DNA of 64,000 bases from assembly GCF_000743755.1 (NCBI RefSeq), contig NW_014569542.1, positions 1-64,000 of the forward strand. Reading direction: 5' to 3'. The position numbers were made by a program, and so were the translations under genes. Numbering within the stretch: the first letter of the stretch is position 1; each line of letters opens with the position of its first letter. Source of the DNA: Blastocystis sp. subtype 4. Lineage: Eukaryota. Below, piece by piece: positions 1 through 13,800 of the stretch. The notes under the pieces were generated by a model, which was given only the letters and a program-made list of their open reading frames with translations, was not told the DNA's origin and made no database searches.

Positions 1-646
1 TTGTGTAATAGAAACACACATCTTCGGGAAGTTTGGTACGAAGAGAGGTTCGAGCAACATTGTATAGCAATTCGCGATCATTCTCGATATCCTCTTCAGA
101 TTCCTACAAATCACTTGGAATAAACACTCCTACAGCAAAATCGTCAAGGAACTTTAATGTTTCATTCTTTGCAATTTCAAATCCATCTGTGAGTAGTCTA
201 GGATGCACTCCCTATGGATTACTTTGTAATCTAACACAAACCTCAGCTACATAACGAGAAGCCATCTTCATCAATTCACCAATAAATAGGACTGTTGATG
301 TTGTTCCGTCTCCCTATAGAATCATCGAATATAACTGCGAATCCAACAGTAATGTCATCCTGAGCCGTTGCTGTTCTGGCAATTAAAGAAGCGGTAGGAT
401 GTTGAATTTGCATTTCGTGAAGAAGAACATTTCCGTCCTTTGTGAGCTTGATTTGACCAGAACTGTTCACAAGCATTTTCAATGTTCCTTTCGGTCCTGA
501 TTCGTTAATACATAAACTAATGAACTGATACCGAGATTTGTTTTCAAGACTTCTTGCATTCCCGTTGCAGCAGTGATCTGAACGGCCATTGCTTGTTGTT
601 TCTTCATATACTCGGCCTTTGGGTTCAACAGATTGAGACTTGACAT
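1..646 (-). CDS. CCT6: T-complex protein 1 subunit zeta (chaperonin CCT6), 5' part; runs off window start, spliced
   Basis: ATG at 646; spliced translation [48 protein letters not shown]...[36 protein letters not shown] matches the CCT-zeta N-terminus. Confidence 0.93.
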
Positions 647-735
647 CTTCAAAGTTCCTCTTTATTGAGAACAAAGCCAGACGAGAGAAACGGGAATTTA
701 AAGATATTATCTTAATGTGAAAACCTCCACAAAAA

Positions 736-1353
736 ATGACTAAGAAAACCAAAACTCGCAAGTATGCTGTGCGGGCGAAGATCTTGTCTACAAACGATAC
801 TCGAATTACGGAAAATGTGAAGAAGAAGGAGCAGAAGGAAAAGGAACGTCTTGAAGCTTTGGTTGTTCGAAAAGAACAGATCCCATCAAGTATGTTCTTC
901 AAATATAATACTGCTTTGGGTCCTCCATTTCGTGTGTTGATCGATACGAACTTTATCAACTTTTCTATTCAGAACAAACTGGACATTGTGAAGAGCATGA
1001 TGGATTGTCTGTTGGCCAAGTGTATTCCTTATGTAACTGATTGTGTGATTGCAGAATTGGAGAAGTTTGGATCTCGTTATCACTTGGCTCTGTGTTTAGC
1101 AAAGGACCCTCGGTTCCAACGTCTCACTTGTACTCACAAAGGAACCTACGCTGATGATTGTATTGTAGATCGTGTCCGAACGGTAAGAATAATCCTTTTG
1201 TTTCATTTTTAGAATCGTTGTTACATTGTTGCTACTTGTGATAAGGACCTGAAGCGTCGTATTCGTAAGATTCCTGGAGTTCCAATTATGTTCATTGTTA
1301 ATCATCGCTATACTATTGAAAGACTTCCTGAAGCCTTTGGAGCACCTAAGTAA
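736..1353 (+). CDS. FCF1: rRNA-processing PIN-domain endonuclease FCF1/Utp24
   Basis: [23 protein letters not shown]...GTYADDCIV; 30-nt intron 1183-1212; exon 2 [27 protein letters not shown] 1351-1353. Confidence 0.95.
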
Positions 1354-1423
1354 TGTTCTTTTAGTAGCTGTTTGTTTGAAAGTGGATGGTTCACTAATCA
1401 TCTCATTTTCCTTCTTTTTCGAG

Positions 1424-1961
1424 ATGACAGACACTTCTAGGGATAGTGCGATTGTCAAAGTCTTAAATGTGAATGTGTTAGACAATCCAACGTGTCTCAC
1501 GAATCCATTCCAATTTGAAATTGTTTTCGAATCAAGCAAGGACCTTAAAGAAGGTAAATCATTTGTAGTCTGTAAAACGTAGATTTGGAATGGCGACTCA
1601 TTTATGTGGGAGATCATAGAACCACTGACGGAGATCAGGTCCTTGACTCTATTCTTGTGGGTCCAGTAATCCGAGGAACTCACAAGTTTTGTTTCCAAGT
1701 ACGAATTATCAGTTTTGTTCATTTTAGACATCAGCACCGGATGTATCAAAGATCCCAGAAGACTGTTTGATTGGAATCACTGTTGTGTTGATTACTTGCA
1801 GTTATCGGTCACAGGAGTTTCTGCGAATCGGATACTACGTGAACAATTCGAGTCCAATTCGATGTCCTCAAGTGTCGCAAATTGAACGATCTATTCTTGC
1901 TGATAAACCTCGTATTACACATACTCCAATAAACTGGAAAGATAGCTATGTTGTTTCTTAA
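1424..1961 (+). CDS. ASF1: Histone chaperone ASF1
   Basis: VNVLDNP..TNPFQFEIVFE / DLEWRLIYVG...DQVLDSILVGPV / GITVVLITCSYRSQEFLRIGYYVNN...ILADKPRIT; 29-nt introns 1554-1582 and 1699-1727. Confidence 0.95.
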
Positions 1962-1963
1962 CG

Positions 1964-1971
1964 AACAAACA
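1964..1971 (-). terminator. TGTTTGTT downstream polyadenylation element (F-box gene)
   Basis: Exact motif 4 nt after in-frame T at 1976. Confidence 0.8.
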
Positions 1972-1975
1972 CAAG

Positions 1976-3800
1976 AACCATGATCGCGAGCTACATGTTC
2001 AAGAAATGCAGCTAATTGTTTAAAATGACGATTGCAACCACAAAACTGGCAAATCTGTTCGTTTTCTTTCAAACGCTTCAATATACAAAAACGTCTTTTA
2101 AACAGCGCCAAGTAGTTATGTTTATACTTATTACTATGATTACATTGATAATCCACAAATAGATTCCGATATCGAGATTTCCAAATCCATTCATGGGTCC
2201 CCAGTGTTAGAAGTTCCTTCGAACACGCACTCGTCGACAGTAAATCTCTGACTGTCAAGTACTGCATAGTATGTAGCAGTACATCGCTTCCAATATGTGA
2301 AAAGGCAAGTACTGCTTGATGGGACTCGGTGAACACTCGCTCAATCTCTTCAATACGATGACGTTTGGCTAGAGGTGCTTCGCTATCCTCTGAACTATTG
2401 GAAGTTGAATAGTCATAACAGCGAGTGTAGAACCCTTTCTTACAGAGACACGAATGAGATGAAGTAGAACAATCCCGATGACAAGCTGGACAATCATGAG
2501 TTGATTGAGGAGGTTGCCAAGAACAAGCAGATGAGTACGGATGAGGAACATAGTAGTTGAACGATAGACTATGAGATGTCGATGCACAACAGAGGACACA
2601 GTGTGTGTCAAGAAGAGCAAATGAGGATTGAGAACATATTGGACACAGATGCAGACACCATCGAGAACAACACAAGACCGTGGTTGGCGACAGGCGATGG
2701 ATCTCACTACCACAACACCAGCGGAGTCGATATGGGATCTGTCTCCACAACGTCTGTTCGACTGTATCACACCATGTCAGAAGTCGGTGAAGCATCGTCA
2801 ACGAGACTGCATCCAGTGGAGTCGAAGCATGAGAACCCTGAATCAGGATGCAATGGAGGATCAGAAGTAGACTCGATTTAGAAGGAGCCATCTCCTCTGT
2901 GATCATCCCTAGAATGTGAAGAATGGACTTGAGATCGAGAAGTGGTGAATGGGCAATAAGAGAAGAGAGTAGAGAAAGATGCTTCAAGGAATGAGGTTGA
3001 TTCCAGAGGGACTCGATCACATCCAACAAGGTGTTGGTTCCAAGAGCATAACAACAAGAATGAATCATCTCAACTGTTACCAAACTTATTCGAAAGTGCT
3101 GTTGTGATGTGACTGAAGCCAATGTATATTTCAAGTACTCCTTAATAATCTTCTCGGCATGCAGAATATTGACTCCTCGTATGCAATTATTCCATGTGCT
3201 CATCATGGCTTCTCGCTGTTGGGAAGGATGGATCCGATACACACTTCGATGCTTGCTCTTCCCAATACAGTTCGAACACTCACAATTCTCAAGGAACACA
3301 GATTCTTTGGCATCCTTGGTAAGAATCAGGAACGAACTAACTACATTTTCGAGATGAGAGCCAAGCTCAGGATAAAGAGAATCCGGAAGAAACTCAAAGA
3401 GCGATAGAACCGTAGCCAAGGAAGAAGTAGAGGTAAATGAATGAGTAGAAAGAGCCTTCATTACTTGCCTTGTGGCCTTGGGATCGATTGAAGACTCCCT
3501 TTGCACACAGGAACCCACAAATCTATTCCTAATCCAAATCACCAAAATTAACCGAAAAAGAGATCGAGAGAGCGTTGCAGACATCGAAGATCCACACAAC
3601 AGCAATTCCTTCATCACATCGTTTAAGATAATTCGCTGCTTCTTGGATCTTTTGGATAGTAAAATCTCAAATAAAGCATCAACAATCCCAGATTCAAAAC
3701 CCTCATCACTAATCCACTTATCTGGAATTCGATGCACCAAATCAAAAAGAACCCTTTGTATAAGAAATAGATAATACATCTTACTGAAAAGCCACTTCAT
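1976..3800 (-). CDS. F-box protein with Cys/His-rich region and C-terminal C2H2-like zinc finger; stop probably created by polyadenylation at 1976
   Basis: F-box-like SHIGSDVLLHTMQYLTVRDLLSTSACSKELLTLGTHEWIWKSRY; terminal CQFCGCNRHFKQLAAFLEHVARDH; in-frame T at 1976, 4 nt, then TGTTTGTT (1971-1964). 5' end uncertain. Confidence 0.7.
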
Positions 3801-3992
3801 TCGCTGGATCCGTAGTAACGAGGAGAATTTGGTTTCGAATTGCTTGAAGTTGTGGAGATACTTGAGTTGACCACGATTTCACCATTCTAGCAACCCATTT
3901 CGTTACGATTCTATCAGAATCGACAAAAGAGGGCTACCGCAAGCCGAGAATTGGGAACCGAAATGACCCAAAGAGGATTTATAAGAAACATG

Positions 3993-6900
3993 TCAAGTCA
4001 TAATATAATGATTATCACTAGCCCATTGATGGATTTTCTCTCTCAATTCATCTTCTATAATATAAATACGTGTCTCCAACACTTACGTGGTATCAACTGT
4101 TCTTTAGTAAGAGGAGTACGATCGAACGGATCCACAGGCTTTTCTAATAGTGCTCTTTCAATATTCGACCGGTCCAGAATGGTATGCGAGTTGGGAAGCA
4201 TTACAGGATCATACATTAACTCTCCAGTTAGCTCATCCAGGAACTCCATTGGAGCCTGTTCTAACAGTTCTTCACGGCTCTTTAATTGCGAACTCTGAGA
4301 TACAATCTTCTCGACAAAGATATCCAGTCGATGCTGAGCCTCCTATACATCACTTCACTGGGATTCTGTTACCGAGTCCAGTAGTCCTCGATTCCTACAG
4401 ATTTGCTGAGCTCTCTGGAAGATATGAATATCCAGAGTCATTTCCTCGTTCATTCTGAGAATGAACTGTTCGTTTTCACTGAAGATCAAGACAGCTTGAA
4501 TCAGGAGTGATAATAGCTTATCAGGATCAAAATGATACTGTTCTGGATCTTCCATTTTGAGAGTACTTCCTTCACTTCCGACTAACTGTTTGACAAGACG
4601 AGGAAGAGAAACAGCAAGAGGCTTCAATACAGCTGTACTCATCCACACATCCTATAAATCACTCTTCAATTGAATTGCTACTCCCCACGGCCGAGCTGCA
4701 TCTAACAGAAGAAGAAGCGTCTCATATGTTAAGTCGAAATTGTACTGGACACTACGTTTCATCTGAGTGAGATGCAATTGTTTGTCATCACGCTCCTTCT
4801 CCTCCAACTTACTGAATTCAGGTTGGAGCATCTCCTTGATGAGATCTTTGATCTGCGGTAACATGCTGAATGCATCGTCTGTAAGCTTGGAGAAAGATAC
4901 GATCAAAGCCTGAGCAAAATTCTGGACAGTTTCAGTTTCAGCCTTCATACCAATAACAGTACTCTGACAACGAGGATCATTCCACATGAATCGAATGATT
5001 GTCATGATGTACTTACGATACTGAGAACTCTCCAATCCAATACGCTGAACATCACTGAAGAGTTGGATAAGAGAATGAAGAAGACACACAATCAGACTGT
5101 TATCAGTCAAAAGGACTTCGGATGCATGAGGATTGGTTTGACTAAGAAGATGCTTCGAATCGGCTTGTTCAGGAAGATATACAGATTGAATACACTACAA
5201 TCATATCCACAAATCATGCCCACTTTTGCAATATCAGCTTTGGTATGGACATTGAAGAAATGTCCCATACTTTGGTCATCATATGACAAACAACTGACTA
5301 AGCACTGAAGGATTGGTCGTGTGTAAATAGATAAGAAGGTTGTACTTGGGAAAACGAGACTACATAGATATCAAACACAATCACTACTTATCAAATACAC
5401 TAAGCAGAGTCAAAACACAGTCAATCAAATAATAGGGCAGATAACATAAGGAAGAAGTAAGTTCGAGAGGATAATGATTGAGAGATGAGATGTACTCACA
5501 GAGGAAGGAGATCGAATACAACCATCGATTCATATTGGAGAGATTCCCTAAATAACACATTGTCTGTAATTCAATGGAAATGAACAGTTCAGCTTCATTC
5601 TATTGTTAACATAAATTGACTTGATGGTACAATATTGTCAGGATTTATGTCATTCACAGAACGATATCCATTTGGGCAAATTCGTGATAAATTACGAAGT
5701 GCTTTCTCTCGAATATCTACAATAGATTTGATGCTTCGATACAGAGCAGCACAGAGAAGCCAGATACAACGTGTTCCAAAAGATTGCTCACTGTGATTCA
5801 CAGTACATTTAGATTTGTCAACATCATGATAGAATCGCGGTTCATTTAACAGAAGAGGATCATCAGAATAGAGATAATCAGAACTTGGGAACTAAGCATG
5901 ATACGTCTTACAAAATCCAACCATCTTCTTATCAAATAACTTCTTCGAGAGATTGAACAAGCATGCTTCCATGTTCAACATACAGCCAATTCTAGTCATG
6001 AAAGATGACAAATAAACGAACGGAACTGATAATTGATAAGAAGGATGGGATTTCAAGAGTTCATTTCCTGCCTCACAAACAGTCATTAGCCACTCTCGAA
6101 TGATCATACGAGAATCTGGACATCGCAAGAGTGAATTTAGAATCGATGTCTGTAAATTCTAGGTTGAAGATTGATACAATCACTCACATTTGTCACATTC
6201 ATCGAATCCATTAGAGAGATATATTGAGATCGCATCATGTTGATCGAAGCCGAAGAGGAAATATCAGGTGAAACAAAGCGGAATCCATTACGGAAGTCGG
6301 CAGGATGCAAGTCAAAAAATGGGCAAAGATAATCAGATTGGAATGTCAGAGCAAGGGTTTTCGGATTGGGGTTTTGGGTGACAAGCTTCTGTGTCTCCAC
6401 AAGAATCTTACAACCATCCTTGGCCTTTAAGAGAGTGTTAAGAATCTCTAAACACTGATTAAAGAGAGGAAGATTCGCAATTTGAATGGCTTTGACGACT
6501 TTACTTCGCAATTCGGAGAAGATAATAATGAGATGATCTCGAAGTTGAGCACTTGATGTTTCCATTTGGATGTATTCAGAAACAATTTGTTGAGGGTCAC
6601 GAGAATACTCGAAGATCTCAAAGAAATGTTCCAGAAAGAGACTTGTCATTCCAGGTCTATGGGAATATTAAAAAATAGTAGTACTGATAGAAGTTATTGA
6701 TGGTACTGAAGAGCATACCAAGAATCTGCTGTTTACAAAAGGATAATAAATCTCCCAGAAATGGAAACTCTAGAAATGAGAAAGAAAAGATGAGACCGAC
6801 GAGAAACGCTCGACTCTTGAGACTACACATGATTACAACAAGTCATAGGTTACCTTGTCTGTGTAACGGCCAAAACACTCACACAAATACTTCACTTCGC

Positions 6901-7296
6901 TGTATCCCTTAGCTACAATAGCCTGTTTCTCTTGGTACAAGAACACTGGAAATGAGTCGATTGTAATTGATTCTCCATTAGGATTCTAATATTAAAAGAA
7001 CAAAACACTTGTACAAAAGGTTCCTTGATACCAATGTCAAGGATAAACGTACAGGTATTATGAATCATTTCCCGCTCCTTCATAGCTTCATCGTAGACGA
7101 TTCGAGGGGCAATCCTCGTGGGTGTTACTGGAGACAAGGGTTTCACTTCTTCTTTCACCACTAACGGTTACGAAACCGAGAAGTAGTTTCTTACCAGGCT
7201 TAATGGAATCTTTAAAGCGTTCTTCGCGAATGCGACGCAACTACAGAATAACAGGAACTAGACATATCTGTTTACCTCCTCTTTCGTTTTCTCCAT
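3993..7296 (-). CDS. UFD2: U-box ubiquitin conjugation factor E4 (UFD2/UBE4 family), multi-exon
   Basis: C-terminal U-box EFLDELTGELMYDPVMLPNSHTILDRSNIERALLEKPVDPFDRTPLT; UFD2-like LVGSEGSTLKMEDPEQYHFDPDKLL; N-terminus MEKTKEE/LRRIREERF; TGA 3995-3993. Confidence 0.88.
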
Positions 7297-7382
7297 TGGG
7301 ATCAGAATCCAGAAGACTAACAACAGTGAATCTAACAAACAGATACAACTAAACAACACTCCTAAAACACCGTTCACCGACT

Positions 7383-9149
7383 TTAACAGTCACCATATGT
7401 AGTTATACTTGGGATATGACTTCCAGGAAGTGTAGAAGGCATACTCATCTGCATGATCGGTTGTGTCTTCTTCTCCCAACGCTTTTGCCACTTTGCACTC
7501 TACACATCACATTAACATCAAATTCAAACAGAAGGAGGTGGGTTCATAACCCAAGGAAACGAAAGAACTTCATCAATTGATAGACGTTCTTCAGGATTCT
7601 TAGCAAGCATGTTCTTCACCAGAATCATCGCATCTGAGGAAACAGCACTCCAATCAGACTCAATATATTCAATCCGATCACTCACAGTCTGTCGGAGAAG
7701 TTCTGTTGCTGTCTCTCCTTGAAACGGAGAATATCCCATCAACAAAATGAAGAGTGTAACGCCCAGTGAATACACATCAGCTTTCGCAGTATAATTACAG
7801 CTCTATTTCTGATCAGTTCCACAGAAATCCTACAGTAATCACTTCAGGAGCCATAAAGCCTGCTGTACCAACAATTTCACTAAAATGAAGAGAAACGAGT
7901 AAACCCACTTCGTATCAGCATTCAGATAATCTGCTTGCAAACTACAGCCAAAGTCCGCAAGCTTCATTGGAGAGTGATTATCATTACTCTCATAAATGAT
8001 GTTCTCTGGCTTCACATCTAAATGATAGATGTGTTTGGAGTGAAGGGCCCTTAAAGCAGACCCAATACGACGAATCACATTGGCTGCCTCTCGTTCTGAG
8101 AAGCAACGTTTCTTCACGATACGATGATACAAATCACCTCCTCCCATGTATTCCATCACAATATGGACAAAATACGTATCCTCGTACAAATCAACAATAC
8201 GGATGAGATTTTCATCTCGAACTTCATCCTTCAGTACCCGAAGGATAGATAACTCCTGATGGAGAATATCTTCGTTCATATTCCCGCGGTGAATCACCTT
8301 CACTGCATACATTTCCCCGGTTTTCTATGATTAACCACTGTACAAACCCGAACAGTGTTCCGGCCGAGTCGAACCACTCCATATCGACCCTTTCCGAGAG
8401 TATCGAGAAGGGAAATATGATCATGAATGGATGCTGAGACCTTTTGCGTTGGCTTATTAGAAAGACGACGGACTAACGTCAACACAAAGGTAAGAAATCG
8501 AATCCATTGATCCTATTGTCAATAACCATCGACCAACCATACGCGCTGATGAATACTATATGCTTCTAATACATAACTCCGTTCATTCTTATTGGGAAGA
8601 ATCGAGAAAGCAAAGGGATGTCCAGGAATGTTCTCAACCATCACTTTGCCATCGGCGGTAATCTCACAACGCTTCCTCGCCACTCTTCGGTTGTTAACCT
8701 ACTTATAACAATGGTCAGTCATTCTCTACATCAAAATAGAGTAGCGAAGAACCCATAATCTCGAAAAAACGACGCTTCCACAATTGCAAGCCCCGAAATC
8801 CTCGTTTTAGCAGATGACCTTCCAGACAGACATGAAACAAGAGATCTTTTACTGCTTCCACAGACATTGCATCAACTTCCTCTGAACTATAGGAGAGAAT
8901 ATCTCTCCCGTCAATAATTGTCTTTCGTAGAGATGAAGAGTATTCCGGGGAGTTTTCAAACCTGAAATTATCAAAGAAGACGTTCTTGAGCGACGACAAA
9001 AAGGAATTCTTCGCTAACTTGGAAGACTTTGGTTGAGGTGAGTCCGAAGGTGTCCTAGGCGAAACAGGCGATCGCTCCGAAATGACAGTACATCCATCGT
9101 TTCCGATAGTATACTCATCACTATCTGATGCACCCTCATTCGATGGCAT
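7383..9149 (-). CDS. PH-domain-containing CaMK-group Ser/Thr protein kinase
   Basis: PH-like LEGHLLKRGFRGLQLWKRRFFEI; kinase motifs GKGRYGVV, YAVK, HLDVKPEN, DFG, DVYSLGVTLFILLMGYSPF; spliced. Confidence 0.88.
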
Positions 9150-9244
9150 CTTAACCGTCCTCACACCAACTTATTATGGAAGAGGCGTTTCACAAATAAG
9201 AGAAACGGAGAAAGTTGTATCAAACAAACAAACTGCATCACCCC

Positions 9245-10523
9245 TTACATAGCCTTAAGGATATCAGCATCCTCACCATTGTAGAGAGAACACATGTTGG
9301 CAAGAGTACGAGCATACTTCAGAGAGTAGTCATTGAAGCCATAGGTGGACTCATACTTAGCAAGAACAGCATTGTAGCAAGGCCAGTTCTTCTCCTCAAT
9401 GTAGGTGTTGAGCAGGAGATCGTCGCTTCCCATCACCTTCTTCACCAGCTTGCTGAAGTATCTGTCAACGTTCAGATTTCTCTGAGCAACAGCCATGTAC
9501 TTCTCATAAGCCTCGCTATCGTTCTCGTTCAGAGCACGGTTCTTCCAGTACAGGAGCTCGTTGTCACGAGAGTCCCAGACAGAAGGACGCTTGTTCTCAG
9601 AGCGCAGGAACTTTCTGCGGCTCACATCACCAGAAATGTAGTTGACAAGCACATCCTTAGCAATCTCCATATCTCCGAACTGAAGAGGATGAGAAGTAGT
9701 AGTGAACTCCTTAGCATCATCAAACTGCTTCTGAAGGGTCAGAGTCTTCAGATCAGCAACATCATCCTGCTCCAACCAGAAGCAAGACCAGACCTCTCCC
9801 AGGCAAGAACCAACATGCTTTCCATCAACAACATCATCAGGAGGACAGTAGGTACCCCAAGAAGACTCATCAGGAAGAGTGGAAGAAAGAGCATAAGCGT
9901 TGATATCAGTAGGAAGCTTCTGCCACATCGAACCAGACTCGCAAGCCTCAAGATAGTACACCAATCTGTTGTACATCTTCTTCTCGTACATCTGCTTAAT
10001 CAGACCCACCAGAGTCTCAGCAGTCAAATAACCGCCAGAAGGCATAGCAACGATGTTATCACCTCCGTGATCAATGTAGTACAGGAAGATGTTATCCTCA
10101 GCAGTGGACTTTACAACCTTAGGATTCTTAATTCCAGTAAGCTCAGTAACCTTATCAGCATCACCCAGAAGAATAGCAGAGTACAACTCCACGTTAATCT
10201 TCACAGACTTATCATAATCAACAACCAGTCCATCATGATAGTTACGCTGATGATCACCAGGGTGATTATAGATGGTTCCAGGGAAAGGATTGTGAGAGCT
10301 GTCAGGAAGATCATCAACCATCAGAACAATGATGTGATCAGGATCGTACTTGTGATCAGTCAGGACACCATACATATGGGCAACATCAGACTGGTGTCTG
10401 TAGTTCGAATATCCTAGATATGAGAACGTTAGCAATTGTGTTACCCTCAGATCCAGCAAGAAGGACAGCCCATTCAGAGGCAGAAGCCAGGGCCAAAATC
10501 AAAGCAAAGGCAAAGTACTTCAT
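9245..10523 (-). CDS. Legumain / asparaginyl endopeptidase (peptidase C13) with signal peptide
   Basis: MKYFAFALILALASASEWAVLLAGS, 31-nt intron 10414-10444, GYSNYRHQSDV, catalytic His (IDHGG) and Cys (LEACESGS), SSWGTYCP. Confidence 0.95.
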
Positions 10524-10892
10524 CGTTTACAAAATAAAATGTGAACAAACATCATGTTTCGGTAGATGCGTCATGTGTGCGTTCCTATCTAAAATGCACA
10601 TACAACTAGACGCAACGACATACACATCACATTTTATGTTGATATCAAATAGCTCCCAGACGCCTAACTGCGATACTTTGAAGCGGAAATTGATTTTAAT
10701 GTGGAAAAGCTAGTTATAATGGAGATTCGTAACAATGACCATTTCCATAGAAGGGACTAGTTGTTATCATTATAGATCCCATCCATTAGGATCAATTATC
10801 TTATTCTACGGACACCACGTTAGCAAATTTTTGGGATCCCAACTCAAGATAATAAGAACTTACTGGTTCTATTTGTGGGAAATACTGTTCCC

Positions 10893-13800
10893 ATGACCAA
10901 GGTGATACTTGTGGTAACACTGCTCCTCTTGAGCCTATCTCGTAAATCTCGTCTCTTTTTAGTTACTCTTAGTAAATGCAGAGGATTGCAGTGGCGAAGA
11001 GGTTTTCACTATCTTAGCTCGAGTTTCCTCCGCTAGAGTTACTCTTCAATATCGACTCTATCCACTACAATGGAAAGATTCTGATAAAGCTATTTGGAAG
11101 CAAATAATTGTTGAAGAATCAACAATCGCGGAAAACCGTGTCTGTATAGAAAAGAGCGTAGCAACCACGTATTCTCTTTCTGTCACATCGTGAAAATGTT
11201 AAGTTTATGTGATTCTATAGACAATCGAGAGTTTTAAACTTTGATATCCTCTTCTCTGTTTTTCAAGGATCACGAATAGAGGAATCGTCTCTTTTAGTTG
11301 AATTGTCCCTACCAAAGGGAACGACAGGCATTATAGAAACTGTAATCAATCTACATCAAGAGTCTTGTGAATGGGTACCTCTCCACCTTATTCACCACTT
11401 CCAGGATTTGAGCAATTGGGTTTATATTACTTTGGGTATTCATTGATAGGAAGCCTTTCAAATCGTGGGCACAAATGAGGACACAGGGAAATCAGAGGTA
11501 TTATTGAATGTTAATGAGACACAGAAAATCGTTCGATCTCACTCTTTCTGTGTGAGTCCTGTCTTTACAGCGATTGAGGTACACTACATCTCCGACTCAT
11601 TGATGGAACCCAATCTGTCATTTATCCAACAGTTCTATAAAGAATTCTCATTACCTACATTGTTAAAGACAGCTCCAGTATCCATTTTCCCACTAACTAC
11701 CTCGTTTGAAGCATATGAACGTAGAGAAATCGGTCTTCTTCCTGTACGATTCCATTTTTCTTCACTTTCAATGATTGATCGCTTAGTCTCAGTTATTCAC
11801 ATTGAGAATGATCCTTATGTGTTATATGTGACCTATTCAGGGCAGAATGATGTTGCTTGGATACTTCCTGTGCCTTCAGAACATGGACTCCAGATACAGA
11901 ATTATTGTCATGTGTCGTCTACTGTAACTATCACATTCGCCAATCAATCTATCCTTTATTCTCTTCCTCAAACCTCCAGTAGTTTTGTAGACTGTTGTTT
12001 CCTCCTTTTTCTCTCATTCATAGTCCAGATGCCAAGTTGTCCTCCAGATGTGAAGCAAGGGTTTATGTTCTATCGTCATGTAACGAATACGGATCAAATC
12101 ATCGTTTCAGACACAGGAACATCGCTTCTGATTCGACATTGTTCAGAACAACAAGTTTGGGAGGATGTTCTGGTGAAGGATTGTGATTGTCCTTCGGTTA
12201 CTTCTCTCTGGGGGATCGAATGGCCACAGACCCATAGCAATAGTATGGTAACGAAACCCTGCCCAGATGGATACACAGGAACTGTAGTACGTTGGTGTAC
12301 ATCGCGTTGTGCTTGGGATTCCTTAGAGGGATCCTGTGTGATGAATCAGTGTCCTGAAGAACTGGCTGAGAATGTTCTTTGGGAACGAGAGGAAGTGAAT
12401 CGAGACCAAGTCAAGTACTGTGCTAATGGTCGAGATATTGCTTTTACCCGTCACTGTGCTTTGAATGGTATTTGGGAACCTGTTGAATATTATTCTTGTA
12501 CTTGCCCTGAAGAGACTGTTGATGGAATTCATTGGATGAAAGGTCACAGCAATCAGTATTCACATCTTCCATGTCCTGCAGGATATAATGGTTCTATCAT
12601 ACGTCGATGTGATCGTTTTGGTCGTTGGATGCCTGCTGTGTATGAATGTTCAGTGAAACATTGTCCTTCAATCACTCTTATGGGTCATACTATCTCAGAG
12701 TCCTTAGAAGGAACCCGTATCACTTGGCCTTGTGATATACCTCTTGCAGGGTACATTTCGATTCGCTGTCTGGAAGGAGGTCGCTGGTCCTCTGTTGAGG
12801 ATCACTGTCTACCAGTGAATTGTGACATGTTTCTTAGTGGAGATACAGCGATTGATAGTACCCGTTTTGTATACACTGGATCGGAGAATGTAACACGCAC
12901 AACTGTGGAACTAATTCCGACTACAACAGAACTTGTGTGGTCAGATGTCCGAGAAGCTGGTATCAGTCGTTATAATTCGAGGAAGATTTATGATGTGATT
13001 CTAAGAGCCTATGCAGAGAATGATATTGAGTATGTAGCTGCTTTGTGCATAGTCAGATCGACCCAACTCAACTATATGTGTCACACCATGGACGCTCCCT
13101 TTCTTGAAAAACTCAAAATGGACAAGAAGGGAGGCATGGTTGCAACGATTGGCTTTGTTTATCCTCCTTGTCGTTTTGAATCACCTCCTGATTTTAATGT
13201 TCGTGTGATGTCCGTTGACCCTTGTCCTGTTCCCACAATCTTCTCATTACGTTTCTCATGTACAACTCTGGTGAATGAATGCAGAGTGAATACTGTTGGT
13301 CGCTATGTGATTCGAAGTGGACTACGATCGGATTGTTCCTATTCTGTATCTGTTGAACTTCTCACTAAGAGTGAGAGTGTCAACGTTCATCATTGGTCTC
13401 CACCACTTCTCATCAATCCATTCTCACCTTGTTCTTCATGGAAGCCACTTCTGACAGTGACACCTGTCTCTGTTCATGCAGTTCGTGTGGAATGGGCCAT
13501 CAACACAACAGATCCTGGATTCTTCCTTCAAACAGTATTGATCCGCAAACGTAACAAAGCAACCAGAAAAGAACTCCAGACTTTACCATGGGCAAGTGCC
13601 GCACTGACCGAAGTATGTAGTGGAGAACAATCTTGTTCTCATATGAATTCAGTTCTGGTTCCTATAGAAACAGTGGACGTTTATCATGAAATTGATATGA
13701 AGTTCGAAGCTGGTTGTACTATGTGTGATCGAATTCTTTCCTCTTCACTCATCTATTATGCATCCCCTCAACCACAAGTCAGTCTCCTCTATGAAGTGTA

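Noticed and set aside
1809..1975. Apparent antisense coding overlap between the F-box ORF and ASF1
   Set aside because: Better explained by poly(A)-created termination at 1976
9215..10417. 400-aa + strand ORF
   Set aside because: Antisense shadow of the codon-biased legumain gene; no recognisable protein features
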